DNA of 64,000 bases, from the sequence record ON286975, one strand, 5' to 3'. This document shows positions 45,789 through 54,457 of this stretch, in pieces. The translations under genes and the position numbers were made by a program. This stretch comes from Escherichia phage I29. How positions within the stretch are numbered: position 1 is the first letter of the stretch; every line of letters begins with the position of its first letter. The notes under the pieces were generated by a model, which made no database searches, was not told the origin of the DNA, and saw nothing but the letters and a program-made list of their open reading frames with translations.

Positions 45789-45980
45789 TCACTTGTTGTT
45801 AATAAGTTCTAAAACTTTCTGTCTTACCTTATCAATATCTGTTGATTCAAAAACTGTACGATATCCCCAACTTTGCCCATAAGAATGGCTGCAATCACCA
45901 TAACACCATTGCTCAATTTGATAGTATTCAAGGAACGGGTGCTGTCTAACTATGATACCGTCCCGGTTAAAAATTACCAT
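45789..45980 (-). CDS. hypothetical protein
   Basis: 63 aa downstream of minus promoter 46012-46039. Confidence 0.45.
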   Translation of the reverse strand: MVIFNRDGIIVRQHPFLEYYQIEQWCYGDCSHSYGQSWGYRTVFESTDIDKVRQKVLELINNK

Positions 45981-46011
45981 AATACATCACTCTCTGTTAG
46001 TTTATGCGTAT

Positions 46012-46039
46012 ATTATACACTGCAGTTTTCAGATGTCAA
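46012..46039 (-). promoter_or_regulatory. sigma70-type promoter (minus strand)
   Basis: Minus strand TTGACA-16-TATAAT. Confidence 0.55.
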
Positions 46040-46043
46040 CCTC

Positions 46044-46238
46044 TTACAGATTGCTCCAGTACAATCGGCATTTACATTTTGGGCAATGAGGTTCTTTTAT
46101 GTAATAACCGTCAGTCTTTGGAACACTTTTTGGTGCAGTTTTAAGATTGTACCTGGTAAAACATCGGAAGCAGGTTACCTCTCCCACCTGTTGATCGTTG
46201 ATCCACTCACCAGAGTAAAGTTCTTTCTTGTTTCTCAT
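46044..46238 (-). CDS. small zinc-ribbon-like protein
   Basis: CFRCF...CPKCKC Cys pairs; start placed at internal MRNKKE after GGGAGAG. Confidence 0.4.
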   Translation of the reverse strand: MRNKKELYSGEWINDQQVGEVTCFRCFTRYNLKTAPKSVPKTDGYYIKEPHCPKCKCRLYWSNL

Positions 46239-46489
46239 AATTCTCTCCCAAATCCTCTGCAATCTTATACCAAAATCTCCAGCCAGAAAGCACACGGGAA
46301 CACTTTGAGGATTGAATCTTTACTTGGCTCGGAAGTTCTTTTTCCGTATGGTAGGTAGAAATACCCTCCTGCAGATTCGAATATAGCTCCTTCGGTTGTA
46401 TCTACCACAGCAAGAATTAAGATTTTAGTCTCCACAGTGCTCTCCTCTCTTAGTTGTCGTGGAAACTATATCACCTCAGAAGATGGTCG

Positions 46490-46948
46490 TCAACACTTTT
46501 TGTACTCCACCACGACAATATCTATGTCGAAAGTGGCAAGGTTAATAACGTCCTCTACGTGTTCCCACTTCAAACCGCCTATGCCGCACCCGATCTTAGG
46601 TATGTAGAATGGTAAAGTCGATCCGCTGAATACTTCATTGACTAGCTCAAAGCCTTTCAGGATTGAGAAATACTCAGCATTAGGTCCTGGGTAGAACTGG
46701 GTATATAGATTGATTCCGTAGACAATACCTATCGGAGATAAGTGCTCCCATCGGGAGAACGCACCCAGTTTACTTAGGCAACCGTATCTAGTCTCTTTGT
46801 CGGCTGACAGTGCTTGAGGAAACTCACGGGCAATCTGTTTTGCTATACCCTTGCCCATTGTGTGGAAGCAGTTACAACCGTGGATCAGGTGACCAGCACC
46901 GCTCTTAAAAAGGGAGATTAAATCTCCCTCTACAGTATCAATAATCAC
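46490..46948 (-). CDS. TARG1/OARD1-like macrodomain protein (DarG-type ADP-ribosyl hydrolase fold)
   Basis: GDLISLFKSGAGHLIHGCNCFHTMGKGIAKQIAREF and PKIGCGIGGLKWEHVEDVI match TARG1 GDLF..HCIS.DCRMGAGIA / PRIGCGLDRLQWENV; GTG start coupled to upstream stop. Confidence 0.7.
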   Translation of the reverse strand: MIIDTVEGDLISLFKSGAGHLIHGCNCFHTMGKGIAKQIAREFPQALSADKETRYGCLSKLGAFSRWEHLSPIGIVYGINLYTQFYPGPNAEYFSILKGFELVNEVFSGSTLPFYIPKIGCGIGGLKWEHVEDVINLATFDIDIVVVEYKKC

Positions 46949-47363
46949 GGTAAGCCAGCTCCTCTTCCGCAATTTCAAAAAACTCAGTCCAGCACTGTGG
47001 CATATTGGAGTTACCGAAGTGGCTTTCATAGTAAAGGTTCTTACCGCTAGGAAGGTAGAAATCTGTTACCTCATAAAATCCACAATCGTCGCACTCACCT
47101 TCTTCAAACTTGGCCTTAACCTTAATACCGAGGAAGGTGAAAAGTTTATGGACATCTTCAGTTTCGAACTCCCAGGGAATGTTGTTTTCCGCATCGGTGT
47201 AGAACTGGATCAGCAGACCATTGTCCAGTTTACCAAAATACTCTGTGAAGTAACTTCCTTCCCAGAAATCTTTATGACAAATAATATCCATGCGTTTGCC
47301 CATAATAATGGTGTGAGCGTTTTGGGCATCGTCACGAATCAGTTTTGGCATTTCATAGATCAT
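46938..47363 (-). CDS. hypothetical protein
   Basis: 141 aa; AGGAGAAC RBS. Confidence 0.5.
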   Translation of the reverse strand: MIYEMPKLIRDDAQNAHTIIMGKRMDIICHKDFWEGSYFTEYFGKLDNGLLIQFYTDAENNIPWEFETEDVHKLFTFLGIKVKAKFEEGECDDCGFYEVTDFYLPSGKNLYYESHFGNSNMPQCWTEFFEIAEEELAYRDY

Positions 47364-47431
47364 CTTAGTTCTCCTGGTTCAACAGGTGGTGGCGCTACAG
47401 GAAGATCATAAAACATAGCTATCACAGTCTC

Positions 47432-47629
47432 TTACACAGGAATTGCTTCAAACAGGCCGTTATCTATACCGTCCTTCAGATAGAGATTATATTCTATGTC
47501 GGTATCTGTGTAAAGGGCAGCATCCAGCATTCTATCTGTGAGTCCATCCATTGGGTGGAGAAACCACCACCCACGCCAGTCAAAGTAACAGCCTGGTGCA
47601 TCTTCTCTTACACGGATTCGATAAATCAT
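47432..47629 (-). CDS. hypothetical protein
   Basis: 65 aa; AGGAGG RBS. Confidence 0.45.
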   Translation of the reverse strand: MIYRIRVREDAPGCYFDWRGWWFLHPMDGLTDRMLDAALYTDTDIEYNLYLKDGIDNGLFEAIPV

Positions 47630-47725
47630 GGGCAGTGGCCTCCTGTTAGTTATACATCCCAGTTTTCTTCGTTCATCACGTCCTCCCGTTCTATGAAGTT
47701 ATAATTGCACACCTTTCAATCTGTG

Positions 47726-48142
47726 TCAACAGAAAACTTCAACAAATTCTTCCACAGTTTTAATGTCGTGGGAAAAAGGTTTACGGCTATAACGGGCAAT
47801 AGCACTATCAACCACCGCCCGGTACTCCAAATCTTCAGAATATTTCATGAAGCATTGTAGCGTCTCTGGACAGATAGCTAAATAGCTCCACCACCCCTCT
47901 TCAGATTGGTAGTCGAATCCCATACTCTCCAACCATGAAGCATATACGCCTGCACCCTCAAGCCAGTGAGTATTTTCATCCAGAAACTTGTTAATAGACA
48001 TGTGAGCTTCTAAGCATTTATCCAGCTCCTTTCCGTTAACCAGCCACGCACTGACCGTGGCGCATCCAAGGTCTACAGATTGAGTTGACAGGTTGTATTG
48101 GTCATAGTTCTCAGGCTTAACAATGATATCTTCTAATGTCAT
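47726..48142 (-). CDS. hypothetical protein
   Basis: 138 aa; AGGAGA RBS. Confidence 0.5.
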   Translation of the reverse strand: MTLEDIIVKPENYDQYNLSTQSVDLGCATVSAWLVNGKELDKCLEAHMSINKFLDENTHWLEGAGVYASWLESMGFDYQSEEGWWSYLAICPETLQCFMKYSEDLEYRAVVDSAIARYSRKPFSHDIKTVEEFVEVFC

Positions 48143-48161
48143 TTTTCAGATCTCCTTATAC

Positions 48162-48189
48162 AAAAATGCCCCACCCTTTCGGGCAGGGC
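48162..48189 (-). terminator. intrinsic terminator with GAAA loop (minus strand)
   Basis: gccctgccc-gaaa-gggtggggc then TTTTT on minus strand; same 22-mer recurs at 59796-59817. Confidence 0.6.
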
Positions 48190-48204
48190 TATGTCAGTTA
48201 GGTG

Positions 48205-48828
48205 CTAAAAGTATTCATAGAGGTATCCATCGGGAGCTGGAATTTTTTCATGAATGTAGTAATCAACACATATTCCGGTTTCTCTTCTACAAGAATTGTG
48301 GGATACCCATTCTTTAAGAACGTTGCCATTCATGTCCAGCCTCCTTACATTTTTACACCGTCTACCGCTGGTGCTTCTATGCAACAGAATATCCTCCGTC
48401 TGCTTGTCTTTATTTTCTCCCCAGGTCGTTAAACGGATATTATCAAAAGAGTACCCTTTGAAATCATCTATCCTATCACAAGAAGGCTTTTTCCTTTTGT
48501 CGTATCCGCTGGCTACCCACTGATCATACAACTCTTTGTAACCGTTCAGGTATAGCCACTCCTTAAACTCCTTTTTGGTGTAAGTAGGAGGCGGGTGACC
48601 TCTCTTCTTACTGTTGCACTTTTGAGTCTTGTACAACACGCGGATAACACCTTTTTCTGAAGAGTCGTGGGAAAATTGGTCAGCCTCCCTGCTGGCCTTC
48701 TTACAACACTCTTTGCACTTATTAAGATGACCGTCAGACATCTTTGGGTGTTTGTAGAACTCGGAGAGGTTTTTCACCTCTCCGCACTTGATGCACCTCT
48801 TACAATGCGTGGATTCTACTTTTGCCAT
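48205..48828 (-). CDS. putative HNH-like homing endonuclease (degenerate), Cys-rich N-terminus
   Basis: N-terminal [10 protein letters not shown]...[11 protein letters not shown] zinc-finger-like; C-terminal [15 protein letters not shown] resembles HNH NLxLVT..EN; start at MAKVESTHC overlapping SSB-like 3' end. Confidence 0.35.
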   Translation of the reverse strand: MAKVESTHCKRCIKCGEVKNLSEFYKHPKMSDGHLNKCKECCKKASREADQFSHDSSEKGVIRVLYKTQKCNSKKRGHPPPTYTKKEFKEWLYLNGYKELYDQWVASGYDKRKKPSCDRIDDFKGYSFDNIRLTTWGENKDKQTEDILLHRSTSGRRCKNVRRLDMNGNVLKEWVSHNSCRRETGICVDYYIHEKIPAPDGYLYEYF

Positions 48829-50071
48829 ATTGCAAACCCACCGGAGCGAAAGGTATGTCATCACAGAAGTCATACTGTGCTGGATTCTGATCCATTGGGT
48901 CATCTTCCTCATCATTTACAGGAGGAGCGTCTACAGTGTTTTGCTGTGGAGCTGCTTCCTGTTTGGCAGCCTGGGGTTCTTGATAGTCAGTTGACCCAGC
49001 ACCGTTCTTGATCCAATCGTACAACGGCTCAGCCAGATTAGTCAAGACATCTTTTGCTTCTGCAGTAATTGCCGCTGCAAAATCATCAACTTTCGTTTTC
49101 TTGTCAATACGGCGACAAGCGTTCAACACCGCATTGCCGACACTGGCACCTACTTCATCTTCAGTTCGGTTGGTGGCTTGAGCATACTCTTTCTTAAGCT
49201 CAATGGTGACTACGTGCAGTGTTTTAGCCACGCCTAGTGGGTCGTCCACCTTAAACCCGCGATCCAGGATGATCTGCAACGCATTGATGCTATGTCCCGT
49301 CTCCACACCGATAGGGTCGTAAGAGGATTTACGCTTGCCACCAGAGCCTTGAGTGCCGTTCTCTGCCTTAGGAGGATAGGCCTTGAAACCACTGATAATG
49401 TTTCCGGTGTCTTTGTCAACAATGGCTGCAACACGACCACCTACCACCAGGTCTTTAAGCTGCTCATCAGTGACAACCATAGCACCTTCGCCAATCTTGT
49501 GGTCATTAACAGTAACCACGTTGCCAACAATCTGAGTCACATCACCATAGATGCGTAAAACGTCTTGATTGGCATTCTGCTGAGGTTTCTGCTTCTGGCC
49601 TTGTGATTGTGCACCTTGTTGCTGTTTTTGCTGCTGAGTCGCTGCTGGAGCCTCTCCTGCACCCAGCTTAACCATCTTAGCCAGTGAGCCTTTGTAATAG
49701 GTCTTACCGTTATGCTCGTTTGCCTTCAAAGGGATATTTACGATCCATCCTGGCGTTACGGTTTCCCACTTGTCATCAATCTTAACAGAGACAGAGTCTT
49801 GATGACCCGGTTTAAGCAGTTTATCACCCATGCTGATCCAGACTTCTTCACCACCTTGAAGCAGGTTATCAGAGGAATCCAGTTCAGAAATCAGTAAAGA
49901 GATGGTGTGGCTGGATTCAATTTTCTTACCTTGCCACACAGTGGTTTTAATACCTGTTGTAGGATCAGCACCTTTGATAGGCTTGATGCTGACACGTTTA
50001 ATCATGCCGTGAGCCAGTAAAACAGTTTCACGCGGATTCATCGGGTTAGCGAATTGTTGAATAACGCTCAT
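48800..50071 (-). CDS. SSB-like protein (OB-fold N-terminus, Gln-rich linker, acidic DDIPF tail)
   Basis: Acidic tail ...[22 protein letters not shown] resembles SSB C-terminal DDDIPF but is followed by 15 more residues overlapping the HNH-like gene. Confidence 0.5.
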   Translation of the reverse strand: MSVIQQFANPMNPRETVLLAHGMIKRVSIKPIKGADPTTGIKTTVWQGKKIESSHTISLLISELDSSDNLLQGGEEVWISMGDKLLKPGHQDSVSVKIDDKWETVTPGWIVNIPLKANEHNGKTYYKGSLAKMVKLGAGEAPAATQQQKQQQGAQSQGQKQKPQQNANQDVLRIYGDVTQIVGNVVTVNDHKIGEGAMVVTDEQLKDLVVGGRVAAIVDKDTGNIISGFKAYPPKAENGTQGSGGKRKSSYDPIGVETGHSINALQIILDRGFKVDDPLGVAKTLHVVTIELKKEYAQATNRTEDEVGASVGNAVLNACRRIDKKTKVDDFAAAITAEAKDVLTNLAEPLYDWIKNGAGSTDYQEPQAAKQEAAPQQNTVDAPPVNDEEDDPMDQNPAQYDFCDDIPFAPVGLQYGKSRIHAL

Positions 50072-50436
50072 TATTTGTCTCCTTGTTCTTCGTTAGTGTT
50101 TGCCGTGTGTGCAAACCCTGCTTGAATTAATTTGTCCTGAACTTGAGCCAACAGCCCCATTGCAAAACTTGTGGTCCCAGAGAGGGCCATCAGCATATCT
50201 CGTTGTTGAGCTACCCAACCTAAGGCATAGTCCAAACGACGATATTTTTCTTCTTCACGCAGAGCTTGAAATAATTGTTCAGCCTCTGGTTGTTGTGTGA
50301 GCTCCTGAAGTCTTCCCATGAAAGAAGAAAGCACTAGCAGAAGAGACACTTGATCTTTACTTAACCCTAAGAAAAATTCTTGAGGTTGTTCTTGCTCGTT
50401 CATCGCAACCGACGCTTGATCGTTCATTTGTTCCAT
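50071..50436 (-). CDS. hypothetical protein
   Basis: 121 aa; ATGA coupling to SSB-like gene. Confidence 0.5.
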   Translation of the reverse strand: MEQMNDQASVAMNEQEQPQEFFLGLSKDQVSLLLVLSSFMGRLQELTQQPEAEQLFQALREEEKYRRLDYALGWVAQQRDMLMALSGTTSFAMGLLAQVQDKLIQAGFAHTANTNEEQGDK

Positions 50437-50519
50437 TATGGAATCTCCGATTTTATTTGAACAACATAGAAGGAGACACTATTTTAGCATCCCCTTCTGC
50501 AAATTACAATAGGTATTTG

Positions 50520-50765
50520 TTAGCCAATCACTTCGAAAGTTCCCCAATTCCCGTCCAGCAGGCAGGTGATCGGATCCCCATCGTCGTCAAAGATTTCAAA
50601 GTTTTCAGCATCCAGGATGTGGCCCTCGAACACAATACTTTCGTCGCCACCACCAGAAATAACAGCGTATTCCTTACCTTGAGTCAAGTTTTGACACCCT
50701 TTGCCACCAAAACCTACTTCCACACAACGTACTTTCTGTCCTGCGCGAGCAACTACTTCAGCCAT
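50520..50765 (-). CDS. hypothetical protein
   Basis: 81 aa; AGGAGACC RBS. Confidence 0.45.
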   Translation of the reverse strand: MAEVVARAGQKVRCVEVGFGGKGCQNLTQGKEYAVISGGGDESIVFEGHILDAENFEIFDDDGDPITCLLDGNWGTFEVIG

Positions 50766-50782
50766 CTTAAGGTCTCCTGATA

Positions 50783-51103
50783 TTAATCGTCAAGTTCAAA
50801 ATAGATTTTAACAGCTTCATCAAAGATTGGAATCCCGATGTTGTTGATAAGCTGCCAAACTACCATATCTTTACCTGGGTCTGGGAGAATGTCAACCTTT
50901 CTCCATGCGCTGTATATCCAGTTCGGACCACCTTCTGCACTAACTGGCAGATTTTCACCAGCCTCCTGCAGATACTTATACAGCAAAAGATACTCTGGAT
51001 ACTCTAGAACACTGTCCTCTGTAGTATATAGCAGTTCACGGTATACTTTTAAGAACCCTGCTGGGGTAATGTTTTCAGTCTTCATTTGCCGCTTCTCCTG
51101 CAT
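50783..51103 (-). CDS. hypothetical protein
   Basis: 106 aa; AGGAGAAGCGGC RBS. Confidence 0.45.
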   Translation of the reverse strand: MQEKRQMKTENITPAGFLKVYRELLYTTEDSVLEYPEYLLLYKYLQEAGENLPVSAEGGPNWIYSAWRKVDILPDPGKDMVVWQLINNIGIPIFDEAVKIYFELDD

Positions 51104-51467
51104 TCATCAGGTCTGCCATAGCGTCACCCACGAAGAGAACAACCACATCGTTGACAGCGTCAGCATCATCTTTGTTGACGTTGCTGAATTTAGGACACAC
51201 AGCAATGATCATATAGACACCGTTACCCACCTGAACTGTCTGTGTGGTGCACATCATGGCTGTATTTGTGCCTTCTTTGAAGGCGAAGCCTTGAAGACGC
51301 TCCTCTAAAGTGTTACCGGTAGATTTCAGAAGCGCCAGCTCGTCCAAGGCATAGATGATATCTCCTGAAGTTAGTGTTGCCTTGCCATCAGACACCATAA
51401 TCACTCCATCAGCACCGTCAAGCTTAGAGGCTTCAAAGATATCAATATCCCAAATATTTTTCATCAC
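51075..51467 (-). CDS. hypothetical protein
   Basis: 130 aa; coupled to upstream gene. Confidence 0.5.
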   Translation of the reverse strand: MMKNIWDIDIFEASKLDGADGVIMVSDGKATLTSGDIIYALDELALLKSTGNTLEERLQGFAFKEGTNTAMMCTTQTVQVGNGVYMIIAVCPKFSNVNKDDADAVNDVVVLFVGDAMADLMNAGEAANED

Positions 51468-51796
51468 GCTTCCTCGTCGTCTAAGTAATCATCAAGAGAG
51501 GTGAAGATTTCACCGAAGTATTCTAAGATTTCTAGCTCACGTGTGGTGCAGAAAACACAGTCACCGTTGTCATCCTCGATAACGGCCTTTTTACCCAGCA
51601 CATCTACTTCAAGTTTATCGTTCAACAGGACAGCTCCTGTGTAAACTTTGTCGGCTGTACAGTCCCGAAAAGCAGAATCCTTCTCCAGATAGTCTGGCTT
51701 AACCTTGGCTTTAATTCGTTGATATTGTTTAGTCATTGCTGTGGTCCCCTTTCGTTTTGATAGGGCCATTATATTAGGCCCCATCACTGTTGTCAA
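51464..51796 (-). CDS. hypothetical protein (paralogue of 51800-52054)
   Basis: Shared AFRDCT/AFKDCT motif and CxxC pairs. Confidence 0.45.
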   Translation of the reverse strand: MTTVMGPNIMALSKRKGTTAMTKQYQRIKAKVKPDYLEKDSAFRDCTADKVYTGAVLLNDKLEVDVLGKKAVIEDDNGDCVFCTTRELEILEYFGEIFTSLDDYLDDEEA

Positions 51797-51799
51797 GTA

Positions 51800-52054
51800 T
51801 TAATGTTCAGGTTTTACAAAAACTACTTCGTTAACAGTGCACCAGACAGAATCTCCTTCGTCATCTTTAAAGGTAAGGCACTGGGCTGAGTTTTCCAGCT
51901 CATCAATCTCTTCTTGTGATAAAGGAGCCCCTTCTTCCAAAAGGGCTTTTACTAAAGGGTTCTCACAAAACTCTGCTTCATAAATAGCACCAAGCGTGCA
52001 ATCTTTAAAAGCTCGGTCATTTGCAACGCATGCTGGTTTCAACATGATTTTCAT
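51800..52054 (-). CDS. hypothetical protein (paralogue of 51464-51796)
   Basis: 84 aa; GAGGAGACTGC RBS. Confidence 0.45.
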   Translation of the reverse strand: MKIMLKPACVANDRAFKDCTLGAIYEAEFCENPLVKALLEEGAPLSQEEIDELENSAQCLTFKDDEGDSVWCTVNEVVFVKPEH

Positions 52055-52130
52055 TTTAGCAGTCTCCTCAATTATTTAAAAATCAACTCTCTGTTTGTGT
52101 GAAGCATCTTATATCTAATCTTACTTCTTG

Positions 52131-52502
52131 TCAATGACTATTTTCAATCAGCCACACAGGGTCGAGGTAAATTTGTTGGCGTGTTGCCCAATGACAAACT
52201 TCATTGTACGTCTGAACCTCTTTGTCTGTCAATTCACGAATAGGCTCATCTATACCCTCATTTTTGTGGTAATCCCAGTCGGCATCGATTTCCCACAGCC
52301 ATGACTTGTTGTCACCACGCTTACGCACACAGAAGTCACCAGGACGGCCTGCCAGTGCATTTAAGAACTCGTTCTCTGCTCGCTCCTGAAGAATGCTAAG
52401 GAGCAAAACGTTGGAGCATGACCGTAAAATATGCTTCAGCTCGCAGTCATCAATCTCAACTTCAATACGTTGTTTGACTGTGTGGGTACCTTTTACTAAC
52501 AT
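52131..52502 (-). CDS. hypothetical protein
   Basis: Start MLVKGTHTV after AGAGGAGG. Confidence 0.5.
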   Translation of the reverse strand: MLVKGTHTVKQRIEVEIDDCELKHILRSCSNVLLLSILQERAENEFLNALAGRPGDFCVRKRGDNKSWLWEIDADWDYHKNEGIDEPIRELTDKEVQTYNEVCHWATRQQIYLDPVWLIENSH

Positions 52503-52512
52503 TCTACCTCCT

Positions 52513-52707
52513 CTATACAAACTCTGCAAGTGTTGTGTTGTTCACTGCACCGCAGTAAATGGAGTATCCCAGCCCATTAGGGTGCAGAAACCACGGCGTG
52601 CCGAAATTATCTTTCACGTAGACATCGCCGTTGCTTGTAAAGGGCCAATATTCTTCACCAAGGGTGAAATACCTACTCATACCCTCAGCCAGATACTTTA
52701 CTTTCAT
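52513..52707 (-). CDS. hypothetical protein (WF-family paralogue)
   Basis: GTPWFLHPNGLGYSIY resembles neighbours 52704-52931 and 52928-53212. Confidence 0.45.
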   Translation of the reverse strand: MKVKYLAEGMSRYFTLGEEYWPFTSNGDVYVKDNFGTPWFLHPNGLGYSIYCGAVNNTTLAEFV

Positions 52708-52931
52708 AGGTCCTCTTCAACAGCTACAAACTTGGCAAGCAGGGTGGTTCCGTAGATATGATACTCACCGTTTGCCAGATGGGAGATAAACCAGGCAATC
52801 CCTTCCTCGTCTTTAATCATCTTGTTTGCACGAGCTTTATCGTAATAAACCTCGTAGGTCTTTCCTTCTTTAAAGAATGACAGGTCTGTCATCTTTTCTT
52901 CTACAAAGGTAGCTTTAACCAAAGTCGTCAT
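52704..52931 (-). CDS. hypothetical protein (WF-family paralogue)
   Basis: EGIAWFISHLANGEYHIYG; ATGA coupling. Confidence 0.45.
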   Translation of the reverse strand: MTTLVKATFVEEKMTDLSFFKEGKTYEVYYDKARANKMIKDEEGIAWFISHLANGEYHIYGTTLLAKFVAVEEDL

Positions 52932-53212
52932 TGATCAGTCTCCTTCTTGTTAAGTCTGAATACTGCAATAATAGCATTCCCAAGGTGCAGTGTCAAATCA
53001 TTTCCAAGATACCACAGCATTCCACGGTCATCTTTGATGAAAGGGTGACAATCTGGTGCCTTCCAGACATTGTACACTTTCCCAACCTGAAAGAAATCAG
53101 GCCCTGTTGGGATTTTAGTGCCTGGCCACACTTGAGATACCTGAACACACTCCACCTGCATAATAACAGGGATAGTCATGGATGTAAATGTTTTTGTTGG
53201 TTCTACTACCAT
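52928..53212 (-). CDS. hypothetical protein (WF-family paralogue)
   Basis: Start MVVEPTK after AAAGAGGAG; RGMLWYLGNDLTLHLG. Confidence 0.45.
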   Translation of the reverse strand: MVVEPTKTFTSMTIPVIMQVECVQVSQVWPGTKIPTGPDFFQVGKVYNVWKAPDCHPFIKDDRGMLWYLGNDLTLHLGNAIIAVFRLNKKETDQ

Positions 53213-53261
53213 AAAAGTCTCCTCTTTGCTCAACAACACTTCCATGTGTTGATAGTTTACA

Positions 53262-53615
53262 TTAGTGACAATCACCCCAATTACGACCACACAGGTATTC
53301 ACCTGTGATCTGGAACGGGACGCCCATCATTTTAGAAGCTTGCCAGAAGCAATGCACCACCATTTCACCCACAGGGCTCCAGATAAGTTCAAGCTTTCCG
53401 TCATCGTTCAGGATAGGATCGTACACCGTGTTTCCGTCTCTGTCAACCACTTCGTTTCCGTCCTCATCCTTGCGTGCCTTTTTGTACTTATGACCGTCGA
53501 ACACATGAAGTTTGGCCTCCTGCTCTGCCTTAAATGCTTCCAGTTCTTCGATTGTGTCGAAGGTGTACACAGTCTTATACTTAGGCGTGTCAGGGACCTG
53601 AAGTTGGTACTCATC
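53262..53615 (-). CDS. DNA polymerase (family A), exon 2
   Basis: Begins DEYQLQV (motif C Asp/Glu) and ends ...GRNWGDCH, cf. Pol I ...GENWDQAH and T7 ...GPNWAICH; in frame with exon 1 after removal of 53616-54457. Confidence 0.75.
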   Translation of the reverse strand, partial: DEYQLQVPDTPKYKTVYTFDTIEELEAFKAEQEAKLHVFDGHKYKKARKDEDGNEVVDRDGNTVYDPILNDDGKLELIWSPVGEMVVHCFWQASKMMGVPFQITGEYLCGRNWGDCH

Positions 53616-54457
53616 CAATAGTTCAGGTAGGTCGTTAAGCTACCCCGCACCATTACGTGCACAGCCATACGGTTTCCTGTATGGATCGGACTATCTCATT
53701 ACCTTGTTACCAAGGCACCTCTCATTTCGACCGCACTTGCTGGCCTACTCTACTCGCTTCTTCACACCAAACTATGTTGGAGCTATGCTTTCGATAGTCT
53801 CTGAACGTTACTACCAGGTGTAGTTTTTAGAGATATGTTTCCACTGTCTTCTTTGCTTTATGGCTCTGACCGTCTCATAAGGATACCCAAGATCCCTAAT
53901 CTCGCATTGTCGTAGACCACTCTGCAACAGTTCGCAAATCTCCGTTACCTCATCCTCGGTCAGCACAGCGTTGGCATTATACTCACCGACTGGCCTTACT
54001 CTGAGTTCATTATCGTAGGCGTGTTTGATATTTCCACCAGGGGTAGTCCATTCCAGGTTCCAGTGTGCATTGTTGTACTTATTTCCATCCTTATGGTTCA
54101 CCCATGTGAGCTTTTCAGGATCAGGGTTCGGTACAAAGCATTCAGCAACCAAGTGGTGGACACCTTTTGTGCACTGCTTCCCCTCGATGAGCATGGTTAC
54201 GCAAAGGTAACCTCTACCATTATCAAAACAAAACATTGTTGTATGATCACGTTTCGATAAAGGTATTGTTCCATCATCAAACACGGTATACCCGTGATAA
54301 TCAGCTGATCTAGCCATTTTAACTACACCCCTTTAGTCTTCGCTGCGGATTAGCATATTGAGCTTTTACCATGTTCAGGTGTAAAAGTCAACTTAGCCTT
54401 CCCGTCAATTAAAGAGGTTTTCGACGTGCATCACTGCACGAAGCCACAATGTTATTT
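53616..54457 (-). mobile_element. group I intron (842 nt) with HNH homing endonuclease ORF
   Basis: Conserved P (aattgacgggaagg), Q (aatccgcagc), R (gttcagagacta), S (gagatagtcc) elements; IGS 5'-CAUUGUGG-3' pairs with exon 1 end CCAU (U-G at splice site) and exon 2 start GAUG; intron ends in G. Confidence 0.8.
53811..54317 (-). CDS. HNH homing endonuclease (I-HmuI-like), intron-encoded
   Basis: GVHHLVAECF...VNHKDGNKYNNAHWNLEWTT matches VHRLVA...DHKDGNKDNN..NLRWVT; C-terminal HTH-like LTEDEVTEICELLQSG...WKHI; closed by stem gtgtagtt/aactacac. Confidence 0.8.
   Translation of the reverse strand: MARSADYHGYTVFDDGTIPLSKRDHTTMFCFDNGRGYLCVTMLIEGKQCTKGVHHLVAECFVPNPDPEKLTWVNHKDGNKYNNAHWNLEWTTPGGNIKHAYDNELRVRPVGEYNANAVLTEDEVTEICELLQSGLRQCEIRDLGYPYETVRAIKQRRQWKHISKNYTW

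Noticed and set aside
46351-46400. tRNA-like TTCGAAT motif on the minus strand
   Set aside because: Flanking bases do not form a T-stem or acceptor stem; no other tRNA hallmarks were found anywhere in the window.
51768-51796. Minus-strand TTGACA-17-TATAAT promoter match
   Set aside because: It lies inside the 5' end of ORF 51464-51796 whichever start is chosen, so it was not annotated as a functional promoter.
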